Position numbers and translations under genes: made by a program. A stretch of 36,200 nucleotides of DNA from a virus: IMG/VR virus record IMGVR_UViG_3300045988_075886, positions 1-36,200 of that record, one strand, 5' to 3'. The stretch's first letter is position 1, and each line of letters opens with the position of its first letter. Below are positions 1 through 7,515 of the stretch, one piece after another. The notes under the pieces were generated by a model. The model did no database searches. It saw only the letters and a list, made by a program, of their open reading frames with translations, and was not told where the DNA came from.

Positions 1-25
1 GGTATATAATTAAATCAAGATAAGA
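1..25. repeat. Left copy of a 25-nt direct terminal repeat (GGTATATAATTAAATCAAGATAAGA)
   Basis: Identical to 36176-36200. It lies inside a promoter/5' UTR, not next to the integrase core site, which favours circular-assembly overlap. Confidence 0.9.
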
Positions 26-41
26 AAAGGAGGAACAAAAA

Positions 42-257
42 ATGAAAGAATTTGATGTATTAAATAAAAGCGCTTGTAGATGGTTCACCGTCGACGAAGA
101 ATGGCTCGATGGTGTACAAAATATCGAGGACATTGACGAGTTGGCGTTTTTCATAACGCCAACAACAGAAGAGTTGGAAGTTAAATATAAATCTGGTAAT
201 ACACTCTGTTACCAGAATGTATACGGAACATGGTGTGACCCGTATACAATTAAATAA
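42..257 (+). CDS. Hypothetical acidic 71-aa protein; moron between attP and the lysis cassette
   Basis: ORF with AAAGGAGGA RBS 7 nt upstream. Its own consensus promoter (36157-36185) reads across the junction, and a bidirectional terminator follows directly. It runs opposite to the flanking phage genes. Confidence 0.6.
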   Translation: MKEFDVLNKSACRWFTVDEEWLDGVQNIEDIDELAFFITPTTEELEVKYKSGNTLCYQNVYGTWCDPYTIK

Positions 258-261
258 AATC

Positions 262-294
262 AAAAAAGGCCAGGGATTCCTCCCTGACCTTTTT
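262..294. terminator. Bidirectional intrinsic terminator between convergent ORF 42-257 and the endolysin gene
   Basis: AGGCCAGGGA ttcc TCCCTGACCT hairpin (9 of 10 bp) with an A6 run upstream and a T5 run downstream. Confidence 0.7.
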
Positions 295-295
295 A

Positions 296-1189
296 CTATT
301 TTACATGTACTTTTTTCTTGTAATAGGCTGCGATCCATCCACTTGGGCATTTGATCCAGATATCACCGTTAGATTTTTTTACCTGTTTGCAGGTAATCTT
401 TGTGCCCTTGTCCAAGCACCCATTTTTGTCTTTATCGTGTTTCTTTCCATCTGCTGTAAGTTCGCTGTGGTTTTTTGCACGATAGTTCGTGCCTGCTCCT
501 GTGCGGACTACCATATTGCTCTGTAAGGTGTATGTATTCCCTACTTTATAAGTAGGTGCGTTGCTTGTGGATGTCGTTTTATTTCCAGAAGATGTTCCGC
601 TGGAACTGTCGGATCCGCTGGAAGCTACTGCTTTTCCAGTTACCGCTTTCACAATTGCTTTAGCACATTTGTCTGCGTCCCATACTTTGGCGTCGTCCTT
701 ATCGTCCACGAAACAACACTCGATTAATACCGCCTTTGCTTTTGTAGATCTAAGGACAAATAAACTTTTGTCTATTTTTACGCCTGCATATCCGCTTGGT
801 GTCGTTTTATCGCTTCGAAGCGCATAACCAAATGTATCTGCGATTTCATCCGCGATTTTTTTCGCTTCTTTCTTTGCGCCGGTTGAATAACAAAGCACTT
901 CAACGCCGCCAGTTTTCCCGTCCCCTTTTTTATCGTTTCGCCCAGAATTAAGATGTATAGAGATATCCAAGTCAACGTTGTGTTTATTACATTTCGCTAC
1001 GATATTGGCAAGGTTTTTGCTCTGCGTAGTCCCTGCGTCGTCTGTACAATCATATACCGTATGTCCTTGAGCTTTTAAATATTTTATAACAGCATTTTTG
1101 ACTTTCCTATCCTCTGTTACTTCGTCCAAGATCCCAGCGGCTCCCGGTACTTTCTTATTATGTCCGCCATGTACATTATATTTTGCCAT
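296..1189 (-). CDS. Endolysin: N-acetylmuramoyl-L-alanine amidase (Amidase_3/CwlA-like) with a C-terminal SH3b-like wall-binding domain
   Basis: N-terminus MAKYNVHGGHN...AAG...D...SIHLNS...GVE is typical of Amidase_3. A Ser/Thr-rich linker (SSGSDSSSGTSSGNKTTSTS) is followed by a YKVGNTYTL...GWIAAYY SH3-like tail. It is the last gene of the lysis cassette. Confidence 0.9.
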   Translation of the reverse strand: MAKYNVHGGHNKKVPGAAGILDEVTEDRKVKNAVIKYLKAQGHTVYDCTDDAGTTQSKNLANIVAKCNKHNVDLDISIHLNSGRNDKKGDGKTGGVEVLCYSTGAKKEAKKIADEIADTFGYALRSDKTTPSGYAGVKIDKSLFVLRSTKAKAVLIECCFVDDKDDAKVWDADKCAKAIVKAVTGKAVASSGSDSSSGTSSGNKTTSTSNAPTYKVGNTYTLQSNMVVRTGAGTNYRAKNHSELTADGKKHDKDKNGCLDKGTKITCKQVKKSNGDIWIKCPSGWIAAYYKKKVHVK

Positions 1190-1190
1190 G

Positions 1191-1289
1191 TTATTCTTCT
1201 CCTTTCACTGCTTTTTCTGCTTCTGCAATGTCTTCTGCTGTTGGTTCTACTCCTGCGTCCAACTCATATCCTTCTTTAAATTCTCCCAT
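1191..1289 (-). CDS. Small acidic 32-aa protein between holin and endolysin (MGEFKEGYELDAGVEPTAEDIAEAEKAVKGEE)
   Basis: Not in the ORF track because it is under 60 aa. ATG at 1289 is preceded by GGAAGGAGAA. It exactly fills the gap between the holin stop (1292) and the endolysin start (1189). Confidence 0.5.
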   Translation of the reverse strand: MGEFKEGYELDAGVEPTAEDIAEAEKAVKGEE

Positions 1290-1291
1290 AA

Positions 1292-1516
1292 CTATTCTCC
1301 TTCCTTTCCTGTTTCATTTTCTGTTTTCAATTCCGGCAACCCCTTAATGGATGTAAGTAAAGACGCTACGCCTGCTAATGCCGCTGTTCCTGCAACCGTT
1401 TTCCAATCTACGGCTGTGATTGTTGCAGCTGCCGGAAGCATTGCCACAGCAGTCTGCGCCATGGTCTTTACTGCTCGAATCCCCGCCGCTTTTGCCCATG
1501 CTTTGTATTTTTTCAT
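1292..1516 (-). CDS. Holin (Ala-rich, two-TM, LL-H-like)
   Basis: 74 aa with two hydrophobic helices and a charged C-terminal tail, immediately upstream of the endolysin. The IRAVKTMAQTAVA...DWK pattern resembles LL-H-type holins. Confidence 0.75.
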   Translation of the reverse strand: MKKYKAWAKAAGIRAVKTMAQTAVAMLPAAATITAVDWKTVAGTAALAGVASLLTSIKGLPELKTENETGKEGE

Positions 1517-1833
1517 GCTTCGTTCTCCTTTCGTATTTCTTCTTTGATTTCATCTCGGATCTCGTCGATTCTTTTCCAGATCGTCCGGATCTCTGCTTCT
1601 GTTTTGATCTGCCGCTCTGTCAAGGCCTGGATCTGGCTGTTAATCGCCTTAATATCCGACCTGGTCTCATTGGTCGTGGCGCAAATCTGGTCAAGTTTCA
1701 TGTTGGCCTTCAATACGCCCTGGCTGTCCTGCTGGATATCTTTTTTTCGGTTCGCAAAAAATGTGGCCGCCGCAACCAACAAAGAGGATACGGATACTAA
1801 TATAGATACGTCAATTACCGTTCCTGGGTTCAT
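1513..1833 (-). CDS. Lysis-cassette membrane protein with N-terminal TM helix and coiled coil (XhlA-like role)
   Basis: 106 aa with hydrophobic residues 8-27 followed by heptad-rich charged sequence. Overlaps the holin start by 4 nt. Positioned as in xhlA-xhlB-xlyA type cassettes. Confidence 0.5.
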   Translation of the reverse strand: MNPGTVIDVSILVSVSSLLVAAATFFANRKKDIQQDSQGVLKANMKLDQICATTNETRSDIKAINSQIQALTERQIKTEAEIRTIWKRIDEIRDEIKEEIRKENEA

Positions 1834-1860
1834 TTCTGCTCCTTTCTTTGGATTTTCTGC

Positions 1861-1884
1861 AAAATAAAAAGACCCTTAGGTCTT
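1861..1884 (-). terminator. Intrinsic terminator between the tail-fibre module and the lysis cassette
   Basis: Minus strand reads AAGACC taag GGTCTT followed by TTTTATTTT. Confidence 0.6.
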
Positions 1885-1913
1885 GCTCTTATTTCCATAT
1901 TTTCTCCTTGCCT

Positions 1914-2606
1914 TTACACCTGCGTAAAATAGTTTCCTATCATCTGATCTGGACTATAAACAAAGCTATATTCCTTACCTTCTTCATCTCCAGATCTCTC
2001 GCACTTATAAATCACACCATTCCAGCGGTAGTACTTTCCTATAATATAAGTAAAAGCATTGGTCGTCACGTCCGCTGGTACGTCGATCGGGTCTTCCAGG
2101 GTGCCTGCCTGTTCTTCTACAATCTGTGTGTAGATAGCAGACGTTCCCTCTCCCGGAATCCACTGCGACTGGAATGTAAAGTTCTCCTGCCGTGTCTTGT
2201 ACAGCTTACCAAGGTGCTGGAATTTAAACCCTTCTTTCTCCGCTGCATATGACTGTTGGCAGAGTTCCGTCCATTCCGGATATAAATTTGTAAAGTACAA
2301 TGCCTCGGAATCTGATAAATCCATGGTATTAATCTGCTTCGTGGCCAGTTCCACGGCCAGCTCTTCCCGGCTCTTTGGCGGAGCATCTACCAGAGTCCAT
2401 ACCTGCTGGATTGTTTCTCCTGCATCCGTCCAACTGGATACATAGAGTTTATTCTCCGGTGCATCGTCTGGCATTTCTGCGGTCTGTAACTCTTTATATC
2501 CCTGTGCTTTCAGAATGTCCTCCGGCGGATTAAATATGGTCTTTCCGTCTACGATTATTTTCTTCGGAGCGTATGAGAGTGCTCCGTTTATCAGTTTTGC
2601 TAACAA
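1914..2606 (-). CDS. Tail-fibre-associated protein with two C-terminal CBM5/12-like aromatic repeats
   Basis: 230 aa. TTG start preceded by AAAGGAGATGA. C-terminal motifs GKLYKTRQENFTFQSQWIPG and GKYYRWNGVIYKCER...YSPDQ resemble small carbohydrate-binding repeats. It is the last gene of the tail module. Confidence 0.4.
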   Translation of the reverse strand: MLAKLINGALSYAPKKIIVDGKTIFNPPEDILKAQGYKELQTAEMPDDAPENKLYVSSWTDAGETIQQVWTLVDAPPKSREELAVELATKQINTMDLSDSEALYFTNLYPEWTELCQQSYAAEKEGFKFQHLGKLYKTRQENFTFQSQWIPGEGTSAIYTQIVEEQAGTLEDPIDVPADVTTNAFTYIIGKYYRWNGVIYKCERSGDEEGKEYSFVYSPDQMIGNYFTQV

Positions 2607-2619
2607 TTTATCATCTCCT

Positions 2620-2988
2620 TTACCATGCGATGTAATTATATTGTTCTGGCACTAGATAGCCGGGTTGCGAACTCGAACTTCCTTTTACAATAACTGTTCT
2701 TCCGGAAAATTCAATACAGTTTGTATCAACATTGCCGGCAGGGGATGTTCCTGCGGTATTCGTTCCAATCGCACTTTCCCAGAATCCATCTATATGCGTT
2801 ATTCCTAGAATCGTCCTGATACCATATCCAAGATTTGTAGTATTCTTCTGCAAAATAAAATTCTTGCATTCTCTTTCAAGTTCGATTGAATATTCTGTTA
2901 AATTTGTCTCTGGTGTAAAGCTACCTCTTATCATTCCGCCGCCTCCGATCTCTTCCATCATCATCCTTCGCCGCTGGAGCAGTCTCAT
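2620..2988 (-). CDS. Small distal tail-fibre-region protein, paralog B (N-terminus MRLLQRRRMMMEEIGGGG)
   Basis: 122 aa. Shares the RRRM-M--I-GG----G-FT N-terminal pattern with the 3097-3489 product but has a divergent C-terminus. Lies downstream of the (CTGT)10 tract. Confidence 0.6.
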   Translation of the reverse strand: MRLLQRRRMMMEEIGGGGMIRGSFTPETNLTEYSIELERECKNFILQKNTTNLGYGIRTILGITHIDGFWESAIGTNTAGTSPAGNVDTNCIEFSGRTVIVKGSSSSQPGYLVPEQYNYIAW

Positions 2989-3018
2989 CTCTCCACCCCG
3001 CTTTCGGCATTATTTAAG

Positions 3019-3059
<41 letters not shown>

Positions 3060-3062
3060 AAG

Positions 3063-3090
3063 ATTGTATTTGTAATTCTCATAGCGTCAA
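3063..3090 (-). promoter_or_regulatory. Putative sigma-A type promoter immediately upstream of the microsatellite
   Basis: Minus strand reads TTGACG (3090..3085), a 16-nt spacer, then TACAAT (3068..3063). A second perfect TTGACA is formed at the repeat border (3061..3056). Confidence 0.4.
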
Positions 3091-3096
3091 TCCCTC

Positions 3097-3489
3097 CTAT
3101 GCAAATTTCCCGCATATGATTTTATATTCTTCTCCGTCCGCAAGCAGTCTGTTCGCAGGAGATAAATGCAGTGTTAGATTTCCGGAACTATGCGTTGCCC
3201 ACATAGTAGTATTTCCGTAAAGACCGTCTATGTCGTAGACAAAACCTCCGTTAACTATGTTTGTGAGGTTTGCCGTTGTATATGATGCTCCTGAATACAT
3301 GTCTCTAAGAATCGCACATCCATATGCGGCATTTACATCAATCTGGAGATTTGTTCGTTTTACATAGATATAATCTGGTTCAAAATCCATCGGTATCGTT
3401 ATTTCTGTTGTGCCGTTTCCGGTAAATGTACCTTCATATTTCACGCTGTCACCTCCAAAAATCAAATCCATCAACATTCTACGTCTCAT
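3097..3489 (-). CDS. Small distal tail-fibre-region protein, paralog A (N-terminus MRRRMLMDLIFGGD)
   Basis: 130 aa. Start overlaps the stop of the collagen-like fibre gene by 11 nt. Its N-terminal motif is shared with the 2620-2988 product. Confidence 0.6.
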   Translation of the reverse strand: MRRRMLMDLIFGGDSVKYEGTFTGNGTTEITIPMDFEPDYIYVKRTNLQIDVNAAYGCAILRDMYSGASYTTANLTNIVNGGFVYDIDGLYGNTTMWATHSSGNLTLHLSPANRLLADGEEYKIICGKFA

Positions 3490-4552
3490 TCACAGCTACC
3501 CCCTTAATGTAAGCCACATTTTCCAGTATCGATACCTCATATTTCATGTTCGCTTCGATGCTGTATGTATCAGTTAGGACGTTATTTAAGGTCAGCGTGC
3601 AGGCTGTTGCCCCACTGGTGAAGAAAAAGTGATACTGGTTTGCCACATTGGAATCCGTTGGAGTTCCCAGTGTGACCGTCAGGCTTGCCATTTCCGGAAA
3701 AACATACAGCTTATTCGGTTCGAGGGTTACTGTTGTATCTGTGTTCTGCATTTCCTGCCGGGATACAACACCAGAATCTCCTGCCGGTCCCTGCGGTCCA
3801 GTTTCTCCCTGCGGACCCGCTGGTCCCTGTGCCCCGGTCTCGCCTTGTGGTCCCTGTGGTCCAGTGGCTCCGGTCTCTCCCTTGTCGCCTTTATCTCCTT
3901 TGTCGCCCTTTTCTCCTTTCAGGGCTGACAGCTGTACAAGGTCAGTCCATGCGTTATCACCTACATACCGCCACTGAATTGCTGTTCCGCTGTTCTGGAG
4001 TTCAATTTCACGTCCGTCTTTTCCCGGTGCTCCACCTCCACCGCCGTTTTCTTCCAGTTCATCCAGTCTGGCAAGAACCTGTTCGATGATGTCCGGATTC
4101 TCTGCCACAACTGCTTCTGTGGTTTCTAATCCCTCCAAGACTGTAAGCTGTGCAATGGTGGTATTAAACTCTTGCTGTACGATCCCTTCTTCGCCTGTCT
4201 TCTTTAGACAAACGATAAAGCGAATACTTCCTTTATATGCCATTGCATTGCGACCCAAAAGCCAGCTAAATGTAATGTAGTCCCCAGACACTTCTTTGTC
4301 CGTAACGACATATATATCTCCGTTTCCGTTTGCGTTTAGGTAATTAATCCGGATATCAAACGCAGACAAATCAACTTTATCGTATTGCTTGGGCATCTGG
4401 AAATTCAGCCGCCTTACATCTTCGTCTGATTCCACTCCGACGGTCTGGAGACCGGAAGGAATCGTGATAGTTCGCAGGTCATTGTCGATCGTGCAGATTT
4501 CCTCATCCACGGAGTATGTATCCGCTTGCGCCAGCGCTTCTTCTAAGTCCAT
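3479..4552 (-). CDS. Tail fibre / baseplate upper protein with a collagen-like triple-helix region
   Basis: 357 aa with about 20 G-X-Y triplets (GEKGDKGDKGDKGETGATGPQGPQGETGAQGPAGPQGETGPQGPAGDSG). The N-terminal region resembles BppU_N-type baseplate domains. Confidence 0.8.
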   Translation of the reverse strand: MDLEEALAQADTYSVDEEICTIDNDLRTITIPSGLQTVGVESDEDVRRLNFQMPKQYDKVDLSAFDIRINYLNANGNGDIYVVTDKEVSGDYITFSWLLGRNAMAYKGSIRFIVCLKKTGEEGIVQQEFNTTIAQLTVLEGLETTEAVVAENPDIIEQVLARLDELEENGGGGGAPGKDGREIELQNSGTAIQWRYVGDNAWTDLVQLSALKGEKGDKGDKGDKGETGATGPQGPQGETGAQGPAGPQGETGPQGPAGDSGVVSRQEMQNTDTTVTLEPNKLYVFPEMASLTVTLGTPTDSNVANQYHFFFTSGATACTLTLNNVLTDTYSIEANMKYEVSILENVAYIKGVAVNET

Positions 4553-4556
4553 TTCA

Positions 4557-4871
4557 TCACTTCCTTTCCTGCTTTACTTTTATCTCATTCGTTGTGATTC
4601 TGTAGCCATCTCTCTGTCCGACAACCCGCACTCCGAAGTTATCCCAAGTAAGTGCTTCTGCAGGTATTACACAGCTGCCGTTTTTAATCGGCTGCGGATA
4701 TTCCTTTCTCATGCCGGAAAATACAGCCGCCATCCGGCATCCTGCCCATTCCTCGGAAAATAAAAACTCCGCCCGGAGATATCCTTCGGTTCCGGCTACG
4801 ATTCCAGAAAAATCGCAGTCCGGGTCTTTGGTTATCGCTTGGGCGGTTATGATAAATTTTAAAGTTCGCAT
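4557..4871 (-). CDS. Baseplate/tail-fibre-associated structural protein
   Basis: 104-aa ORF in the tail-tip module. Assigned by position only. Confidence 0.4.
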   Translation of the reverse strand: MRTLKFIITAQAITKDPDCDFSGIVAGTEGYLRAEFLFSEEWAGCRMAAVFSGMRKEYPQPIKNGSCVIPAEALTWDNFGVRVVGQRDGYRITTNEIKVKQERK

Positions 4872-4892
4872 ATGACCCTCCTATATTTGTTG

Positions 4893-5738
4893 TCAATCAG
4901 CTACAAAAAAACTTTCATAGAATGGCAACCATACATTTTCTGGAGTATTGATATAAGTTCCACCATTCCGATACCGCGAAAACATAACGGGGCCCTCAAA
5001 TGATATTCTTAATGACCATATGCTTCCCTGAGAACCCTGGCACACTTTGTCAATGTGTGCCATCGGTCGGTATCCCTCTGGCAAGGTGAATATAGTATGT
5101 TGGTCTGTGCCACCTGCAATAGTTTTTTTACACTGCGCAGCCCCGCATATCGTTACTTTGTTCCCTTCCTTTCGATATCTTATAGCCCAAGTTCCTCCAG
5201 TATAATAATCAACAAATTCACTTTCCAATTCCGGGTAAATCCACCCTGTATCCTCGTTTGTGCTACACAGATTAAGTCGTTTTCTGACCTCTGTCACATT
5301 GATTCCGTCCAGTTCTACCTCAAAAACCGGGCAGTCATCAATCAGATCACCGTTTCTTAAATCTCCTTCCGTATATGCCGGAACAGTTGGGTTTGACTCT
5401 GCTGGCGTTCCCTGGATGACAACCCATTCATTTTTTTCGATTTCCGTCTCTTCTTCAACAGTGTACCGATTCACTACAAGATCAATTCGTTTCATTCCTT
5501 GCGTTCCATTTTGGATTGTAATCTCATCATAAGTTCCGTTGTCTACAGATGATATATTCCCGTGATGACACATCATCCCGGATTTGACTCTAAGCAAATT
5601 GTTTGATGCCAATTCCGGCTCCAGGTGTTCTCCGGTCTGCAAGATACAGCTTAGGCTCCCAACAGTCCCTTCAATAAACTGCCGGAACTGCGCTGATGTA
5701 ACATGGTCATCCGCGCCTCTCCCTGATACTATCTTCAT
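4893..5738 (-). CDS. Baseplate protein, candidate receptor-binding component
   Basis: 281 aa. ATGA overlap with the upstream Tal-like gene. Cys-rich, beta-type C-terminal half. Assigned by position between Tal and the fibre. Confidence 0.4.
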   Translation of the reverse strand: MKIVSGRGADDHVTSAQFRQFIEGTVGSLSCILQTGEHLEPELASNNLLRVKSGMMCHHGNISSVDNGTYDEITIQNGTQGMKRIDLVVNRYTVEEETEIEKNEWVVIQGTPAESNPTVPAYTEGDLRNGDLIDDCPVFEVELDGINVTEVRKRLNLCSTNEDTGWIYPELESEFVDYYTGGTWAIRYRKEGNKVTICGAAQCKKTIAGGTDQHTIFTLPEGYRPMAHIDKVCQGSQGSIWSLRISFEGPVMFSRYRNGGTYINTPENVWLPFYESFFVAD

Positions 5739-6739
5739 GATTCTTCTCCTTCCAGTTTGTAAGCCTTTGATTCCACTCCGTTTGTAATTGCATAAGTGAT
5801 ATTTTCGACTGGTTTCGACATATACATCCCAGTCAGATAATCCCTGCCGCCGACAATATCGCCGATATTTACATCTAAGCCCAACGATGCCGCATCCATC
5901 TTAAAGGTCTGCTTATTCATAACCTCCTGCAACTTTTCCCTAGACGTTTCTTCCAGTTCGTCTGTTTCTGTGGATGTGTTTTCGTACACTTCTGCAATCT
6001 CATCCAGCCCAGTATAATACTGTGTCTTCCCAATACTGCCATTTTTCTGCACATATAAATGTAATACGTTCCTGTCCTGCAGTTCGCCTTTGCCAGTAAC
6101 AACCAGATGATTCACGCCGTCCCGGATATCTTCCATTGTATAGTTCAGCTGACAATCTTTGGATAATTCGATTTCGCTGGAATAGTCCACGATTGGAACA
6201 GCTTCAATAAATACCTTCCCCGGTTCTCCTGCATTCCTTCGAAAAGCAATCTGCAGTCTGTATCCTTTGCTTTTTAACATCTTTGTGATGCCATCTAATA
6301 AAGTACAATACCTGTCAAATTGATAATTGCTCATCGCAACTCCAGTGTCTGTATCCGGTACATAAAAAATAGAGTCGGTTCCTTCGTCTCCACCAAATGC
6401 CGGCTCTATCAATTCTTTCATAACTGCATGCAGTTCCCCTGATACCTTCTTATAATCCTGGCCAGCTGGCGGCTCGATGACCTTTTTTGCCAGCCTGCCC
6501 CGCCAGGAGCGGCCTTTGAGTTCTACATAATCTAATGTAGTATCCGTTAATACTTGGCCAATGATCCCGCCGTATTCCGTGCCTGGAATATATATAAAGT
6601 AGGAAAAGGTAAGTTCCGGGATCCAGTTTGACCGTGCGATCTGCACTGAAAAATTCCGGTTTCCATTCAGGTCTACGGTTACATTGGCATTTTGAATAGA
6701 GCCAAGTTCCTTCCGGTTTGGGTCTGCTAAGATTACCAT
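5735..6739 (-). CDS. Tail-associated (Tal-like / Sipho_Gp37-like) baseplate hub protein
   Basis: 334 aa and second gene after the tape measure, the canonical Dit-Tal order. Confidence 0.5.
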   Translation of the reverse strand: MVILADPNRKELGSIQNANVTVDLNGNRNFSVQIARSNWIPELTFSYFIYIPGTEYGGIIGQVLTDTTLDYVELKGRSWRGRLAKKVIEPPAGQDYKKVSGELHAVMKELIEPAFGGDEGTDSIFYVPDTDTGVAMSNYQFDRYCTLLDGITKMLKSKGYRLQIAFRRNAGEPGKVFIEAVPIVDYSSEIELSKDCQLNYTMEDIRDGVNHLVVTGKGELQDRNVLHLYVQKNGSIGKTQYYTGLDEIAEVYENTSTETDELEETSREKLQEVMNKQTFKMDAASLGLDVNIGDIVGGRDYLTGMYMSKPVENITYAITNGVESKAYKLEGEES

Positions 6740-7515
6740 GCAGCTTCCCTCCTTTCCAGGTAAAGTATCAAATCGAATCCAAAATCTCCGGACCAGTTAA
6801 TGTTTAGCAGTCCGGAGGGGATTTTTTCAAAGATAGAGTGCTCCAGTCCGCGATTATGAAACAGATTCTGCGCTGTTCCATTGCTTAAGTATTTGTAAAC
6901 TGTATCGCTCTGGCTGTCTATAACCATATAATCTCTGGCATCCAGCGTTGTAAAAACCTCATATGGATAGCCATTTATTAGCACCCTAGGATTTACGCAC
7001 GGACCATATACAATCATTTGAAATTCTGAGGAGGTCGGATGCTCAATTTTCCACGATACCTGTCCTTTTTGACTCGGTGCAAAATTAAAAGGAAAATTAA
7101 AAGGAAAGTTAAGTCCATCCTGCAGTGTTTCCTGCCGTAAAGAAAATTGCTTTCTAACTTCTCTTACCCATGAAAGGGTTGGGGCAGAGAAAACAAGCTC
7201 TACTTGCGCCGATACAAAACTTGTCCACTCTGATTTTTTAGATGATTTAATCTTGCATCTTAGCCACGTATCATTCACAAAAAGTTTTCCGTATACTCCT
7301 TCTTCCGAATCAACCGCAATCACCTGATACAGATTTTCTAGGTTTGAAATCAGTTCTTCACTAGTTTTACCCAATACATCAATCGTAACTTTACGATCAT
7401 AATCCGTTCCTGTTTCTTCCCAATCTGCATCATACCAATCTGCTTCTATCGCTCTATAAGGGTATTCCATCAGATTTATTTTTTTCCCTCTTAAATTCTC
7501 ATAGTATGCTATCAT
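6733..7515 (-). CDS. Distal tail protein (Dit)
   Basis: 260 aa. Immediately follows the tape measure and overlaps it by 4 nt. Size and position are typical for Dit. Confidence 0.6.
   Translation of the reverse strand: MIAYYENLRGKKINLMEYPYRAIEADWYDADWEETGTDYDRKVTIDVLGKTSEELISNLENLYQVIAVDSEEGVYGKLFVNDTWLRCKIKSSKKSEWTSFVSAQVELVFSAPTLSWVREVRKQFSLRQETLQDGLNFPFNFPFNFAPSQKGQVSWKIEHPTSSEFQMIVYGPCVNPRVLINGYPYEVFTTLDARDYMVIDSQSDTVYKYLSNGTAQNLFHNRGLEHSIFEKIPSGLLNINWSGDFGFDLILYLERREAAW

Noticed and set aside
1-25. Treating the 25-nt terminal direct repeats as attL/attR of an integrated prophage
   Set aside because: The repeat lies inside a promoter/5' UTR about 400 bp from the tRNA-like core and the arm-type sites next to int. 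No host-like genes flank it in the window. Circular-assembly overlap is more parsimonious, although this cannot be proven without flanking data.
1834-1902. 22-codon ORF (MEIRARPKGLFILQKIQRKEQK) with a good RBS, ending in an ATGA overlap with the first lysis-cassette gene
   Set aside because: It contains the terminator hairpin and T-tract within its coding sequence and is very short. It cannot be told apart from chance, so it is noted only as a possible leader peptide.
3780-3915. A diversity-generating retroelement or variable repeat targeting the collagen-like fibre
   Set aside because: The window contains no reverse transcriptase and no template/variable repeat pair. The DNA repetition is simply the G-X-Y collagen coding periodicity.
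7081-7116. 12-bp tandem repeat (AAAATTAAAAGG x2.5) in the Dit gene as a contingency locus
   Set aside because: The unit is a multiple of 3 and encodes FNFPFNFPFNF in frame. Copy-number change would alter only a loop length, not expression.
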